Shown: positions 39,224-50,878 of the stretch, one piece after another
Position numbering within the stretch: position 1 is the first letter of the stretch
Layout: the number at the start of each line of letters is the position of its first letter
From: Lama guanicoe
Lineage: Eukaryota
Direction: 5' to 3'
Assembly: GCA_013239625.1 (NCBI GenBank)
Contig: MU053881.1
Span: 5,167,957-5,231,956, forward strand
DNA: 64,000 nt
Made by a program: the position numbers and the translations under genes
The notes under the pieces: model-generated
What the model was told of the DNA's origin: nothing
Seen by the model: the letters and a program-made list of their open reading frames with translations, nothing else
Databases searched by the model: none

Positions 39224-39876
39224 CGAGGAGGCGCAGCTGGCCGGCGGCGCCGCCGCGCAGGGCGAAGAAGGCCCAGAGCGCCTGCGTGGTGTCCACGCAC
39301 AGCAGGCGGCCGCGCGGGCGCCCGTTGACGCCCAGGAGCACGTCGCCGCCGGGCCGCAGCGTGAAGCTGAGCGCGNNNNNNNNNNNNNNNNNNNNNNNNN
39401 NNNNNNNNNNNNNNNNNNNNNNNNNNNNNNNNNNNNNNNNNNNNNNNNNNNNNNNNNNNNNNNNNNNNNNNNNNNNNNNNNNNNNNNNNNNNNNNNNNNN
39501 NNNNNNNNNNNNNNNNNNNNNNNNNNNNNNNNNNNNNNNNNNNNNNNNNNNNNNNNNNNNNNNNNNNNNNNNNNNNNNNNNNNNNNNNNNNNNNNNNNNN
39601 NNNNNNNNNNNNNNNNNNNNNNNNNNNNNNNNNNNNNNNNNNNNNNNNNNNNNNNNNNNNNGCGGGGCCCGCACGGGATGGCGGCGGCCGCGTGGGCGGC
39701 GGGCGGCGGGCCCGGGGCGCGGCCCAGCGCCAGGTGGCCCAGCTTGGCCACCACCTGGTTGTTCTCCAGCTCGTTGTTGTCGAAGTTGGCCGCGTCGTGG
39801 CTGCTGGGCGGCAGGCAGGCGCTGAAGCGGGCCTGGCCGAGGCGCGCGGGCGTCAGCGTGTCCGCGAACCCGCTCT
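39224..39876 (-). CDS. NEURL1B: NEURL1B exon 3 (linker and NHR2), interrupted by an N gap
   Basis: ESGFADTLTPARLGQARFSACLPPSSHDAANFDNNELENNQVVAKLG...gap...ALSFTLRPGGDVLLGVNGRPRGRLLCVDTTQALWAFF...QLRLL; acceptor ccccgcgcag, donor G/GTGAGT. Confidence 0.95.
39376..39661. other. Assembly gap (286 N) inside coding exon 3
   Basis: N run within the GC-rich exon. Confidence 0.99.
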
Positions 39877-42851
39877 CTGCGCGGGGGAGGGCAGAAGAAG
39901 GGCGGTGAGGGCGCGGCGGCGGCCGCCGAAGCCCTGGCCTTGGCCTCCCCGCGCCCTCCCCGTCTTTTCCTGGTTCGTTAGTGAGCTTATTTAAGATCCC
40001 CAGGTGCACAGAACCGGATTAAGTGTAAACCTGAGTGCGGGTGATACGCTCGTGTCTTTGGGATGGGCAGATGAGGCCCTTCTCCGTTTTTCTGCCTCCT
40101 CCACTCCCATCCCTCCATCCTTTCCTCTTCCTCCTGTCTTCTCCCCTCCCTCCTTCCTTTTTTCTTTGCCCCTTCTTCCTTCTTCCTCCGTTTCTTCCTC
40201 CTCCCCTCTCTCCCTCAGAAGTTCCCATGCTTTCGAAGATTTAAAGGGCATTTAAAAACCCATCATTGTCTACTTCTCCAGCTAGAACATAAGCTCCATG
40301 GAAAAGCTCTTGGATTTGTGGGCTTACTTATGTGACAGATTATTATTTTAAGTTCCTTTTCACACGTTCTCTCACTTAGCCCTTATACAACCTGTAAGGG
40401 GTGCAATGTACTGTTACTACCCGCCGTTTAGCAAAGAAGGGAGCTGAAGCACAAAGGGGCTAGGAAACATGACCAAAGTCACATAACAGTTAAATGGCAA
40501 AGCCAGGACTCGAACCCCAGGTTGTCTAGCTCCTCGCTGCCTCTGAAAGAAGGCGGGTCATGGACCTGCCCTCCTCACTGCTGTGTGTGCAGCGGGGATC
40601 ACGGTACCTGGGTGCTACTCAGATGCTGAATGTGTAAGGTTTCCGTGAGAAATCACTGTATAGAACAGGAAACTAACTGGGAGTTTTAAAAGCACAGTCA
40701 TGAAAATATTTTTGAATAACTTTTAGTAATTTAAAAAATCCTCTTGTTATATATTACAGCTAAGTAAAAAAGCAAATAAAATTGGTGTTTATCACTCAGG
40801 TAATACAGGTCTTCATACTTTGGTGGGTTCCTTGTTGATCATGTCCCCACCTAGAATGTGAGGCCTTGGAGGGCAAAGCCTGTGACTGTCTGTCCTCCAC
40901 CGTGTTTCAGAGCTCAGCAGGGTGCTTGGCAGATAGCCTTCATTATTATATGGACTATTGGATGAACAAATGAATGAGGTCTTTAGAAAAGACTGACTGC
41001 CACTCTGAATAACAAAGAAATCAGGGGAAAAGTATTTTGAAGTGGTTTTAGTGATTAAAATAGTCTTGTTAACCATAACAAGTAAACGAAGCAAGAAGTG
41101 TTACTCAAACTTTTAAAACCAGACCATTCTAGCTAAGATTTTGTTAAATGTTATCATTCTGTAACTTGTGTCATGGGAAAAAAAATATTTCTTCCTCTTC
41201 AGGTTTCCAAATATAAAATTAAATCATAATAATGAACATGGGTTTTCAAAAAGCACGCCCTAACCCCTGGTGCGAGCCTCATGCGTTACTGCCCACCTCC
41301 GCTCCCTCCATCCAGAGTTTGTAAAGTGGCCATCCAAGTTCAGATGCTGGCTCACAGACATGATTGGTTGGCCTACTGGTGGTTTTTTTTTTTTCTTTCT
41401 TTCTTTCTTTTTTAAAAGAAACCTTTATTTTTGAAATATAAACATATACAAATAGTATCATGAATGCTGTTTACCCAGATTCAACAATTAGCAATTCATG
41501 GCCAATCTTGTTTCATTGACGCCCCATCAGTTCTCCCTCCTATGTTATTTTGAAGTAATTTCTAGACATACCATCTCATCTGAAAAAGTTTCAGTACGTC
41601 TCTCTAAAATGTAGAGACTTCTTGTCACATTGTGTATAAGAATATGCTTTTCTCCTAGTTTGTTTAAATGAAGGTCCTTATAATGTCCACTCATTGCCAT
41701 TGATCTTCCTTAAGCTGTGGCTGCCTCTTCATGTTTTCCTCCTTATACTTGTTTGTTGAATGAATCACCACTTGGTCTTTTAAGATTTGGGTGGGGGGGG
41801 GGCATTCGTGGCCCATACTTCTGAATCAGGAGGTTTCACTTAAACTGGATTTATAGCCTCTCTTGGAAAATCAGGACTAGTAACACAGGGCCTGAATCCT
41901 GGCGTGTCATCCGTGGGTTGAAGCTTGCCTTTCTGTTGGGGATGCATGCTCCTTCCCCGTGGCCCTGAGCTGGCCCCTTCACCTGTCTCAGCTGCCTGCT
42001 TGCGATCTGTGGGCATTTGAGTTTGTCTTGCATTAGAGGCTGTTTCCCCATAACTTGAGGGAAGAAATATTATTTCAGTTTGGTCCTTTCAAAAAGTAAA
42101 TAATGTGTGCCTTTGTCTGCTTCTGTCTGTAGTACTGTATTTATGCACATAGGAAGTCAAGTTCTAGAAAGATACAACAAAATGTTAACAGTTATTCTCA
42201 GGCAAGTGAGGTTATGAGGGACTTTTCTTGAGATTTTTGTGTATTTTCCAGCTTTTTCACAGTAAAGACGTACACTACAAAGTTTTATCACCAAAACCCC
42301 CAATGTTTTCAAAAATCAAGTTTCCAATGGATATTTAACTGTGTGAGAAAATTCCTGTGATAAAACATTAAGTGAACAACGGAGGATACAAAACTGAATA
42401 TAGGACTTGATTCTAACTGTGTGGGAGATGCATGCATGGGACGCATAGGAAAGATACAGGAAGGAGATACGTAAATATTTGGGGGTGGTTATCTCTGGGT
42501 GGAAATTTGCTTCTTTATAGTTTTTGGATTTTCTCTTTTTTCTAATGAACATGTATTGATTCTGTAATCAGAAAAAAAAAAGCATGAATAGAAGTAGTCT
42601 AAAAACAAGCACTTTTTGTAAAAAGGCATTTTAGACAAGTGGATGTTTCTGGGAGCCTCTTGGTGAAATGCATTTTCCCAGGGCTCCCTGCCCTACCCAC
42701 AGTCCTCCTGCAAGGCCAAGCCTAAAGGTGTTGGCTGTGGCTCGCCCCGGGCCTGTGTTCTTGCCAATACCCTCTGCTTCTGTGCCTCACCCCCAAAGTT
42801 CCTCCTTCTTGCCCCTAACACCCCTAACAGCTCCACATAAGGGCCTGTGCA

Positions 42852-42968
42852 GGGGGTAGGGTATAGCTCAGGGGTAGCGCACATGCTTAGCATGCATGAG
42901 GTCCTGGGTTCAATCCCCCGTATCTCCATTAAAAAAAATTGTTCTTTTTTTTTTTTTAAGAAAAAAAA
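42852..42968 (+). mobile_element. Camelid-type tRNA-derived SINE (vic-1-like)
   Basis: gggtatagctcaggggtagcgcacatgcttagcatgcatgaggtcctgggttcaatcccc plus A tail. Confidence 0.9.
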
Positions 42969-45900
42969 GAGCCCATCCTTCAGTACAGCATCCTGATTAA
43001 CAGCATGGCCTGGAGATGGGTGCACTTAGGCTCAAGTCTTGGCTTCAGCCCTTCCTGGCTACCTGACTTTAGGTAGCTCACTTCACCTCTTGGAGTCTCA
43101 AGCGTCCTCAGTTTAAAACGGAATTACGATGATAACTCCTCCCCACTCCCATGTTGTAATGGAGATTAAATTAGGTGCTTTTATAAAGAGTGTAGTACAG
43201 AGCATGGCACAAAGTAAGAGCTCAGAACATGTTAATTATTATTTCTTCAAGACTTATTAACAAAATGTATAGTGCACACACCATGTGCCAAGCACCATGC
43301 TGGGCACTGGACGAAGAGAACAGGCAGGCGTTCTGTGTCCATGGAGCTCCCATACCAGTAAGAGAGACAGGTTTTAATGAAGCCTCTGGCAGAAAACTTA
43401 AGTTTTCTTACAAACTGTGGGGAGTGCCACCCAGAGTGACCATCTCGCATGGCTCTGAAAAATGGGCACGTTCCAGTGGGGGAGCTGTGAGACTCTCAGA
43501 GCCGAGGGGAGTTACTCCAGGTCACACAGCCAAGAAGTGACAGACTGGGATTCTCTGAGTGTGTCCAAGGGGGACCTGGTCATAAGTGGGGCCTGAGAGT
43601 GGGTCAGAACAGCCCTCTCTGACTGATCATGGAGCGAAGGAACGAGGGCCGAGGGGGTGGTGGCTGGGAGGTGGAGCGTAAGCATTACCAGCAGAAGGAA
43701 CAGCATGTGTGAAGCCTCTGGGCGGTGAAAGCTTGGTGTGATTTCCAGGCTGGTGTTACACAGTATGTGACAGCACTTAACCTGGTGCCTGGCACACAGT
43801 AGCCCCTCAGAAAAGGCTGGGTCTCCTTTAATATGAGGACCTTTGTCCCCATCAGGCATTGTCTCTGAGTGGGATAGGCCCAAGATGGTGCTGGCCTCGG
43901 CCTGACACTTCAGAATTCACCTCTCAAAGAGCCTCTGGAGAATCAGCCAGCTACAGGCAGAAATCCAGCTGCATCAAGAGGCCACCAAGGAAGCTTATCA
44001 AAACCTCCTGGCTTCTAACCTGTGACTTGTCTCCAAACCCACTCTCCTGATCCAGTGAAAGTATACACAGCCATTTACTTGAGCACCTACCATATGCAAC
44101 TCCACGCAGTCATTATCCTCATCAATCCTCACCCCAATCCCATGCGGCTCCGTAAAATGGGCACATTTCACAGTGGGAGAACACTGAGACTTTGAGAGGT
44201 GGAGTGAGTTATTCAAAGTCACACAGCTAGGGGTCACAGAAATAAGATTGCATCTCAGGCTATGCAACTCCAAAGCCAGGATCCTCACCACTAGCAATAC
44301 TGCCTCCAAAATGCAGCTGCCCAGCATGGGGACCCTGCCTCAGGCCAAGTGGAGTTGTGGTCCCCAGGGACCTAATATCCCTGAGAAGAAGGGTCCAACG
44401 GGCAACCCCTCCCTCCACGACGATCCACTAAGCACTATCACACAGCAGGGGCCCCAGGCCAGGTGCAGGGAGGCTGGCGTGGCTGAGACAGGCTCCCTGA
44501 CCTCCCACTCCCCCTGGGCCACCTCCAGGGCCTGCCTCTGGCCTGGCATGGATCTCAGTTGTCTCTTTCTCTTCCTTAGCTCTCTCAGGTCAAATATGTC
44601 TGGGCCTGGAAGTAAAGCAGAATTTATGCCCCAGGAGAAACCATCTTTGTGTGAAGATGAAAATGAAGGCTGGAAGAACTGGAGACAGAGAGGACCATCC
44701 GTCAGTCACTTCACTGTCTCTGAAGGACTGCTTCAGGACATGTGCCAGAGGCAGAAGTGACAGGCATGTGGACAGAATGGAAGCAGGGTGAGGAACACAG
44801 GAGTCCAGCATGACTCCTGAGGTTTTGGACTGATTCACCGAGTGGGTGGTGCCACTCACTGACAGTGGGGACCGCTGTCTGAACTGTTCTGTGTGGAATG
44901 CCTCTCGATCACCAGGAGGAGATGTGAGCAGGCAAAGGGAAGCTTTCCTGATTATAAACCATTGTTGATAACTTGGCAGGGGGAGGGGAATATCCCCCAT
45001 CATCCCTTTACCCAGATGTAACAATGTCAATCTGCTCTTCCCTGGGGAAGGAAGCATTTATTAAGCCTTGATCACATGCCAGAAACTTCTCTATTATCTC
45101 ATATAACCTTCAGGAAGGAAAATAACTTCATTGCTCTTTCTGATTGTAAAAGCAATATAAGCTCTTTACATATATATTAAAAAGATAACTCATAGAGGTA
45201 TAAAGGAGGAGGTAAAATTCACCCACGATCCCATCGCCCAGAGATAGCAGTCCTTCTAATCGCATTTCCCCTTCTGCATGGATTTGGGAACATCTCCTGG
45301 GGCACCTGGGCCGGGCGCTCCTGGTCAACCACTGCAACCCTGCTTGCAGGTAAGGAAACTGAGGCTCACGTCTGCCACATTACACTGACATCCCAGCGGG
45401 CCCTGCCCTTGCCTCCAAGGGGTGCGGGCTGCTGGAGGGTCTCAACAAAGACTTGTCAAATGAACAAATGAAAGGGGGCAAGAGTCTGGGATTCCTCCCA
45501 GGTTTGTTCAGTCTGCTTACATCATCAGAGGCTGCTTCCAATTTGTGTTTTTTAAAAATCCGAATTCACTTGCAGTGATTATGCAGTGGCTGTGATTTCC
45601 TGACGGTTACCCTGAGACACGGGCTGTCTGAGGGAGCAGGTGAATGAGGCATGATTGTTTCCCTGCTCTGCAGGAATAAAGAGCTCCAAAAGAGAGTGAC
45701 AGGTGATCTAGAGGAGGTTTTAGAAACCACATTTCCTGGAGGTGAAATACTAAAGCCTTCCACGGAGAAGAGTGTGGGGGAATGTGGTTAAAATGCCCCA
45801 GTCTGGCCCCGACTTGGAGGGTGGGTAGCTATTCATAATGGTCTGCCAAAGCCTGGATTTCAGACCTGTGCTTTGGCCCAGGTGCAAATGGGCAGAGATT

Positions 45901-46309
45901 CTCATTTCTGTTATTTCTTGAGCACATTCTATGTGCCAGGCACTGTGCTGCATCCCTTTCCTACACCATCCCCTGTCCCCCTGCCCGCAGTCCTGTGAGG
46001 TGGGCGCTATCATGAATTCATTTTACAGATGAAGAAACAGGCACAGATAGTTTCAGACACCTCGCCAAGGCCACACAGCTGGCAAGTGGAGAGCCAGGTA
46101 TGGAGCAGAGGTCCACGTGACTCCCAATCCCCTGCTCGCAACTGTTCAGAAGTCTGTTGCCTTCCTTCTTCTGGGGTGGGGGTTGGGAGGACGCGGCCAG
46201 GAGGCATGCATCTTCCCTTCCTGCCCAGTGGTGGTGTGGGGGCGGGGCAAGGAGCCCAGGGGCCAGAGTTTCCCCTCAAGATGCAGCGCTGAGACCAGCC
46301 CAAACATTC

Positions 46310-47037
46310 AGATATACAAACTTGTACATCCATATCATGGAATACTCCTCACCAATAAAAAAGGGACAAATTTCTGATACACACCGCCACAACACGGGTG
46401 AACCTCAAAGATCCTGTGCTGAGATTAAGAAGCTGGGCACAAAGGCAGACACTGTATGGTTCTATTTATATGAAATTCAAGAATAGGCATACCACTCTAT
46501 GGTGAGAAATCAGAACAGTGGCTGCCCTGGAGAGTGGGAAGGGGGCGCTGCCTCAGAAGGGGCAGACTGGAACTTTCTTGGGTACAGATGGATGCATAAA
46601 TCTGTCAAAACTCAAATTTCAGATCTGTGCATCCGCTGCAGGTAAATGACCCGTGGGGCTGTGACCCCTGAGAAACCCACTCTCCTTTTACTGCCCCCAG
46701 AAGTGGAGGCTGGGTTGGCTCAGGTGTGACCTATGAGTTCTAGAGCTAAGGTCACAAACAGAAAGCAGGTCAGTGGTTCCCAGGGGCTGCGGGGAGGGGA
46801 GGATGGGGAGTGACAGCTTAATGGGTGTGGACTTCCCTTCCAGGTGATGAAAATGTTTTGGAACTAGATAGTGGTGATGGTTGCCCACTGAATGCCACGG
46901 AGCTGTACACTTTGAGAGTCTCATGCTCCACCGACTGAGCTAGCCGAGTGCGCCCGAACTGTAAACTTTAAAATGTACTTTTATGTTACATGAATTTTAC
47001 CTTAATTTTTTAAAAGTCAAAAAAAAGAAAGAAAGAA
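46310..47037 (+). mobile_element. Old L1M 3' end fragments
   Basis: ggtgatgaaaatgttttggaactagatagtggtgatggttgc...ttttatgttacatgaattttacct plus A tail. Confidence 0.75.
46912..46949 (-). pseudogene. Tailless retropseudogene of the 5' half of tRNA-Lys(CTT)
   Basis: Reverse complement actcggctagctcagtcggtggagcatgagactctcaa matches recalled tRNA-Lys-CTT nt 1-38 (GCCCGGCTAGCTCAGTCGGTAGAGCATGAGACTCTTAA) at 34/38; flanked by a 14-bp imperfect TSD. Confidence 0.85.
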
Positions 47038-47253
47038 GGTCTTAAGATAAGGGCAGCAGACTTCTGCCCCCATGAGTTCTCACCACCAGGATTTCAGCAT
47101 TAGTGGCTGCTTCCTCTGTTAGAGTCAGGGCCACACATCTGCCTGCCTTCCCAAAGGAACTTGAGCCCCTTAACCGTGGGCCTGGATACATCTGATTGCT
47201 CTCTGCCTGGGCAGTGTGCATTCTCGAGGATTAGGGCATATATCTCATTGTTG

Positions 47254-47462
47254 AGTGACTGAGTAAGTGGGTTGTGAGTGAATGAATGAGCAAATAAAGA
47301 CATGTGTGAATGAGTGAATATATGAATGAGTGAAAGATGAATGAGCGAGCAAATGAATAAATACAGGCATGGATGAGTGAATGAATGAGTGAGTGAGCAA
47401 ATAAACAAGGCAGTGAAGGGATGAGTGAGTGAATGAGCACCTGAGTGAAGGAGTAAGTGAAC
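47254..47462. repeat. Degenerate (GAAT/GAGT)n repeat
   Basis: Directly visible. Confidence 0.85.
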
Positions 47463-47649
47463 GCACCTGGGCCAGACTATGGACTCTGGCCCCAACCCGT
47501 GTGTTCCAATCCTGGCTTTGCAATGCAAGTCATTTAACCTCTCCGTGCCTCAGCTTTCTCATCAGTAAAACGGGGGTGTTGGTGGTAGCGAGAAATAAAT
47601 GAGTTAAAACGTGTCAATTGCTTAGAAGACTACCTGGCAAAGCGAGCCC

Positions 47650-48420
47650 TCCGTGTTTGTGAATATTAAAGAAATACACATCCATGCGCATGGGGACCCA
47701 CCGCCCGGCCCAGGGGGCGACGCCCTGGCCCCCTTCCCGGGGGGCTGGGGGGGACGACCTACCGAGCAGCTGCACCTCGTCGGTGATGCCGTAGACGTCG
47801 ATGAGCGCCCAGAGCGGGCCGCCCACGGCCACGCCGCAGTGGAAGAGCACCGGCTCGCCGTCGTTGACGCTGTAGAAGACGCGGCCGTGGCGGTCCGCCC
47901 AGTAGGCCAGCACCGTGTCGCGCAGCGCCAGGTTCTCGGGCAGCGCCTTGGCCCAGTAGCCGGGCCGCGTGACGAGGTCGGGGCAGGCGTACTTGGGGAT
48001 GTCCTGGGCGCTCATGAGCGACGGGTCGTGCGCCGTGAAGCCGAAGCGCAGCGCGCCGCTCCAGCCCGGGCGCACGGCCACCAGGCGCAGCCGCACCTGC
48101 TCGTACAGCCGGATGGGCCGCTGTGTGAACGTGACCCCGTTGCAGAAGCTGTTGCGCCGCGTGGCCCGGCGCGAGTGGCCGTCCAGCCGCACGTTCTTGC
48201 CCTTGGCCTGCGTGTGGAAGCGCGGCGCTTCGCCCAGCACTGGGCGCCGCTCCGGGCCGGGGCCGCAGCAAGGCCGGGTGGCCAGGAGGCGCGCGGGCGG
48301 GCTCGAGTCTGCGGAAGGACAGAGACGGGCAGGAGGGTTAGGCCCGCTGGCAAATTCCATCTTTACTAGGCCGAGAATTGAGAACTCCCGTCCGCCCAAG
48401 GCCGCCACAGCAAGGTCGTA
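47650..48420. promoter_or_regulatory. Intragenic CpG island over exon 2
   Basis: Dense CpG and high GC. Confidence 0.8.
47763..48308 (-). CDS. NEURL1B: NEURL1B exon 2, NHR1 (Neuralized homology repeat) domain
   Basis: DSSPPARLLATRPCCGPGPERRPVLGEAPRFHTQAKGKNVRLDGHSRRATRRNSFCNGVTFTQRP...WALIDVYGITDEVQLL; acceptor tccttccgcag, donor G/GTAGGT; 546 nt, phase 1-1. Confidence 0.97.
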
Positions 48421-48729
48421 TCCACTTCGCAGATGAGCAAAGTGTAAGGCTTAGGGGGATGTGTGTGTGTGTGTCCAGTGAAGCACTGCTCACGACTGTT
48501 TCACTCACAGAGGGGCCAACACCAATGAGCTTGTCACAGCAGCCAGGCTGGGGTCGTCTGACTTCTCCCTCCCTGTCAAATCCCTCCATATCTAGATGCC
48601 TCCCCCAAGGGCTGCTTCTGGGCTGCAAAGTGCCTCTAAAGGCAACAGGGGCCTTGGATTCTTCCGGAGTACCGGGGGTCTTTGCTTTTCTCTGTGTAAC
48701 TTTTATTAAAGAGTAAGGTCACTTGAGTG

Positions 48730-48882
48730 CACTCTCGGGATCCCCGGTGCAGCCTGGAATCGCAGCTCTCTGACACTTCCTGGCAGTGTGATAAGCAGTA
48801 GACCACGTCACTTTTCTAGCCTGCTTCCTTGCCTGTAACTTGGGGGCATTGCTTAATTCACACAGCTGCTAAAAGATCATGT
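48730..48882 (+). repeat. Dispersed direct repeat, copy 1 (decayed MIR)
   Basis: Roughly 90% identical by eye to 50727-50878. Confidence 0.9.
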
Positions 48883-50461
48883 GGATGAAGTCCCTAGAAT
48901 ACTGCCCAGCACAAAGCATGTGCTTAACAGGCAACTAATAACACGATCATAATACTGAGGTTCCAAAGGAAACCCAAGCCGGGATTCTGCCTTGCCCTTC
49001 CCTTTACTCACAGCAAGTGGAGGCATTCTTTATAAGCAAGGTTGGCTTTTCTAGAACATACACATTTCATAATTCATTTCTATGGGGATTCTGCCCCAGA
49101 GGACCTGGAGAATCTTGGTGCAGTCTCCTTTCAAAGGATCTGGCTGCAGGCCACAAACCCAGGCGCCCTGGATCTGGAGGTGGGGGCTTCATCCTTCCCA
49201 CCTTCCCTCCTCCATCCCAGGGGCAGTTCCTGGGAGGCTCTGGCAGCCAGGGAGGAGGCAGGGTGGGTAATTACTGCACGAGTCTCTGCTGCTTGCTCAC
49301 AACAGCTGCTGAGCACAATTTTCACAGCAAATGTGCACACACCACAGGCAGCCCCGGCGCACAGTGGTACGTAGAGAGGCCGCCGCAGGACCACTCTTCC
49401 TACGCCAGCCACGGGGTTCACTGTGCTCTGGGCACATCGTGGGGTTCAGTTAATACTGAGGCTAAAGGGGAGTGAGGACAGGAGGAAACGAAGAAGGAGA
49501 CGCAATGACGAGGCAGGCACACCATGACTCCCCTCCCCAGGTCCTGGAGGAAGGAAGCCCCAGTCCCTGAGGTAGGGAGTCCTGCTGGGAAGCTGTGAGA
49601 TGTCTCTCCAAACAGAAGCCACTGACCCATAAAGACAGAATACAAGGAATAAAGCCGAGAGTAAATAAGAAGAAAGAAAGTTAAGGCACTTTAGTCATTT
49701 ATCTGTTCAACAACCGTTTAGTGAGCAGCTAGTATCTGCCAGGTGTCATTCTGGGCCTGAGAAATACAGCAGTCATCCAGGCAGATAAGATTCCCTCTTG
49801 GATGGAGCTGACGTTCCAGTGGGCAAAGTCAGGTAATAAATAAAACATACTCTGCCTGGTGGGACACATGCAGCCAAGGGAGGGAGCAGAGAGGAGAGTT
49901 AGGTTAGGATTTTCTGGGAGGGCCTCTCTGATGAGTGACTTTTGAGAGACCTGAAGGAGGTGAGGGAGTGAGCTGTGAGGGTATCTGGGGGAAGAGCATT
50001 CCAGGCTGGGATAACTGCAAGTGCAAAGGCCCTGAGGTGAGAATCTGCTGGGGGGGGGCTGGAATGGTGGGAGTTGAGTCAGGAATGGAAGGAAATGAGA
50101 GCAGAGGTGGAGCAGTGGGGGGGGGTAGGGGGTTGGGAGGAGATCCTATGGTTGTGGTTTGTTTTTTCTTTAACCATTTTACTCTGAGTGAGATGGGACA
50201 TGATCGGAGGTTTAGAACAAAGAAGTAGGAATGCTCAGGTTGCTGTTTGGAGAGGGGACTGTTGGGCGAGGCAGGTAGGCAAGGAATCCGGGGGCTAGGA
50301 CAGGACTGCTGGATTGTTACAGCAGAGATGATGGTGGCTCAGATCGGGAGTGGGGTGGGTATGAGTAAAGGTGATGAGATGGGGCCAGGTTCTGGATATG
50401 TTTTGAGGGTAGATTTGGAGGTTTTAGCTTCTAATGAGAGAAGTAAGAAGCATTCAACACA

Positions 50462-50718
50462 CAGTCGGCCCTCTGTGTTTTGGGGTCTGTGTCAGCGGAT
50501 TCAACCAACCATGGATATTCAGAGAAAAAAAAGACTCTAGAAAGTTCCAAAAATCAAAACTTGAATTTGCGGTGACCCAGCAACTACTTACATAGCATTT
50601 ACATTGTATTAGGCATTATAGGTAATCGAGAGATGATTTAAAGTATAAGGGAAGATGTATGTAGATTATATGCAGGTACTACAGCATTGTATACAAAGGA
50701 CTTGAACATCCATGGGAT
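50462..50718 (+). mobile_element. MER2 DNA transposon lacking its right TIR
   Basis: Starts cagtcggccctc and aligns to the 31178-31492 copy up to ggacttgaacatcc. Confidence 0.88.
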
Positions 50719-50726
50719 GTTCCGTC

Positions 50727-50878
50727 CACTCTTAGGATTCCCCCGTGCAGCCTGGAATCGCAGCTCTGACACTTCCTGGCAGCGAGATAACCAGCAGACC
50801 ATGTCACTTTTCTAGCCTGCTTCCTTGCCTGTAACTTGGGGACGTTGCTTAACTCACACAGCTGCTAAGAGATCATGT
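50727..50878 (+). repeat. Dispersed direct repeat, copy 2
   Basis: Shares gtgcagcctggaatcgcagctct...cttttctagcctgcttccttgcctgtaacttgggg...gatcatgt with 48730-48882. Confidence 0.9.

Larger units (their letters stand above)
39140..39970. promoter_or_regulatory. Intragenic CpG island over exon 3
   Basis: Very high GC and dense CpG compared with the CpG-depleted flanks. Confidence 0.8.

Noticed and set aside
38941..39825. 294-aa ORF spanning the gap
   Set aside because: Length inflated by Ns; antisense to exon 3
42852..42930. tRNA-like sequences here and at 13693, 2100, 18550 and 21450
   Set aside because: SINE heads with A tails and often TSDs, and no intact cloverleaf; not tRNA genes
47100..47528. 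His/Ser/Leu-rich ORFs
   Set aside because: Translation of the (GAAT/GAGT)n simple repeat
47653..48436. Several 110-240 aa ORFs overlapping exon 2 in other frames or strands
   Set aside because: Stop-poor CpG-island sequence; fully explained by the NEURL1B frame
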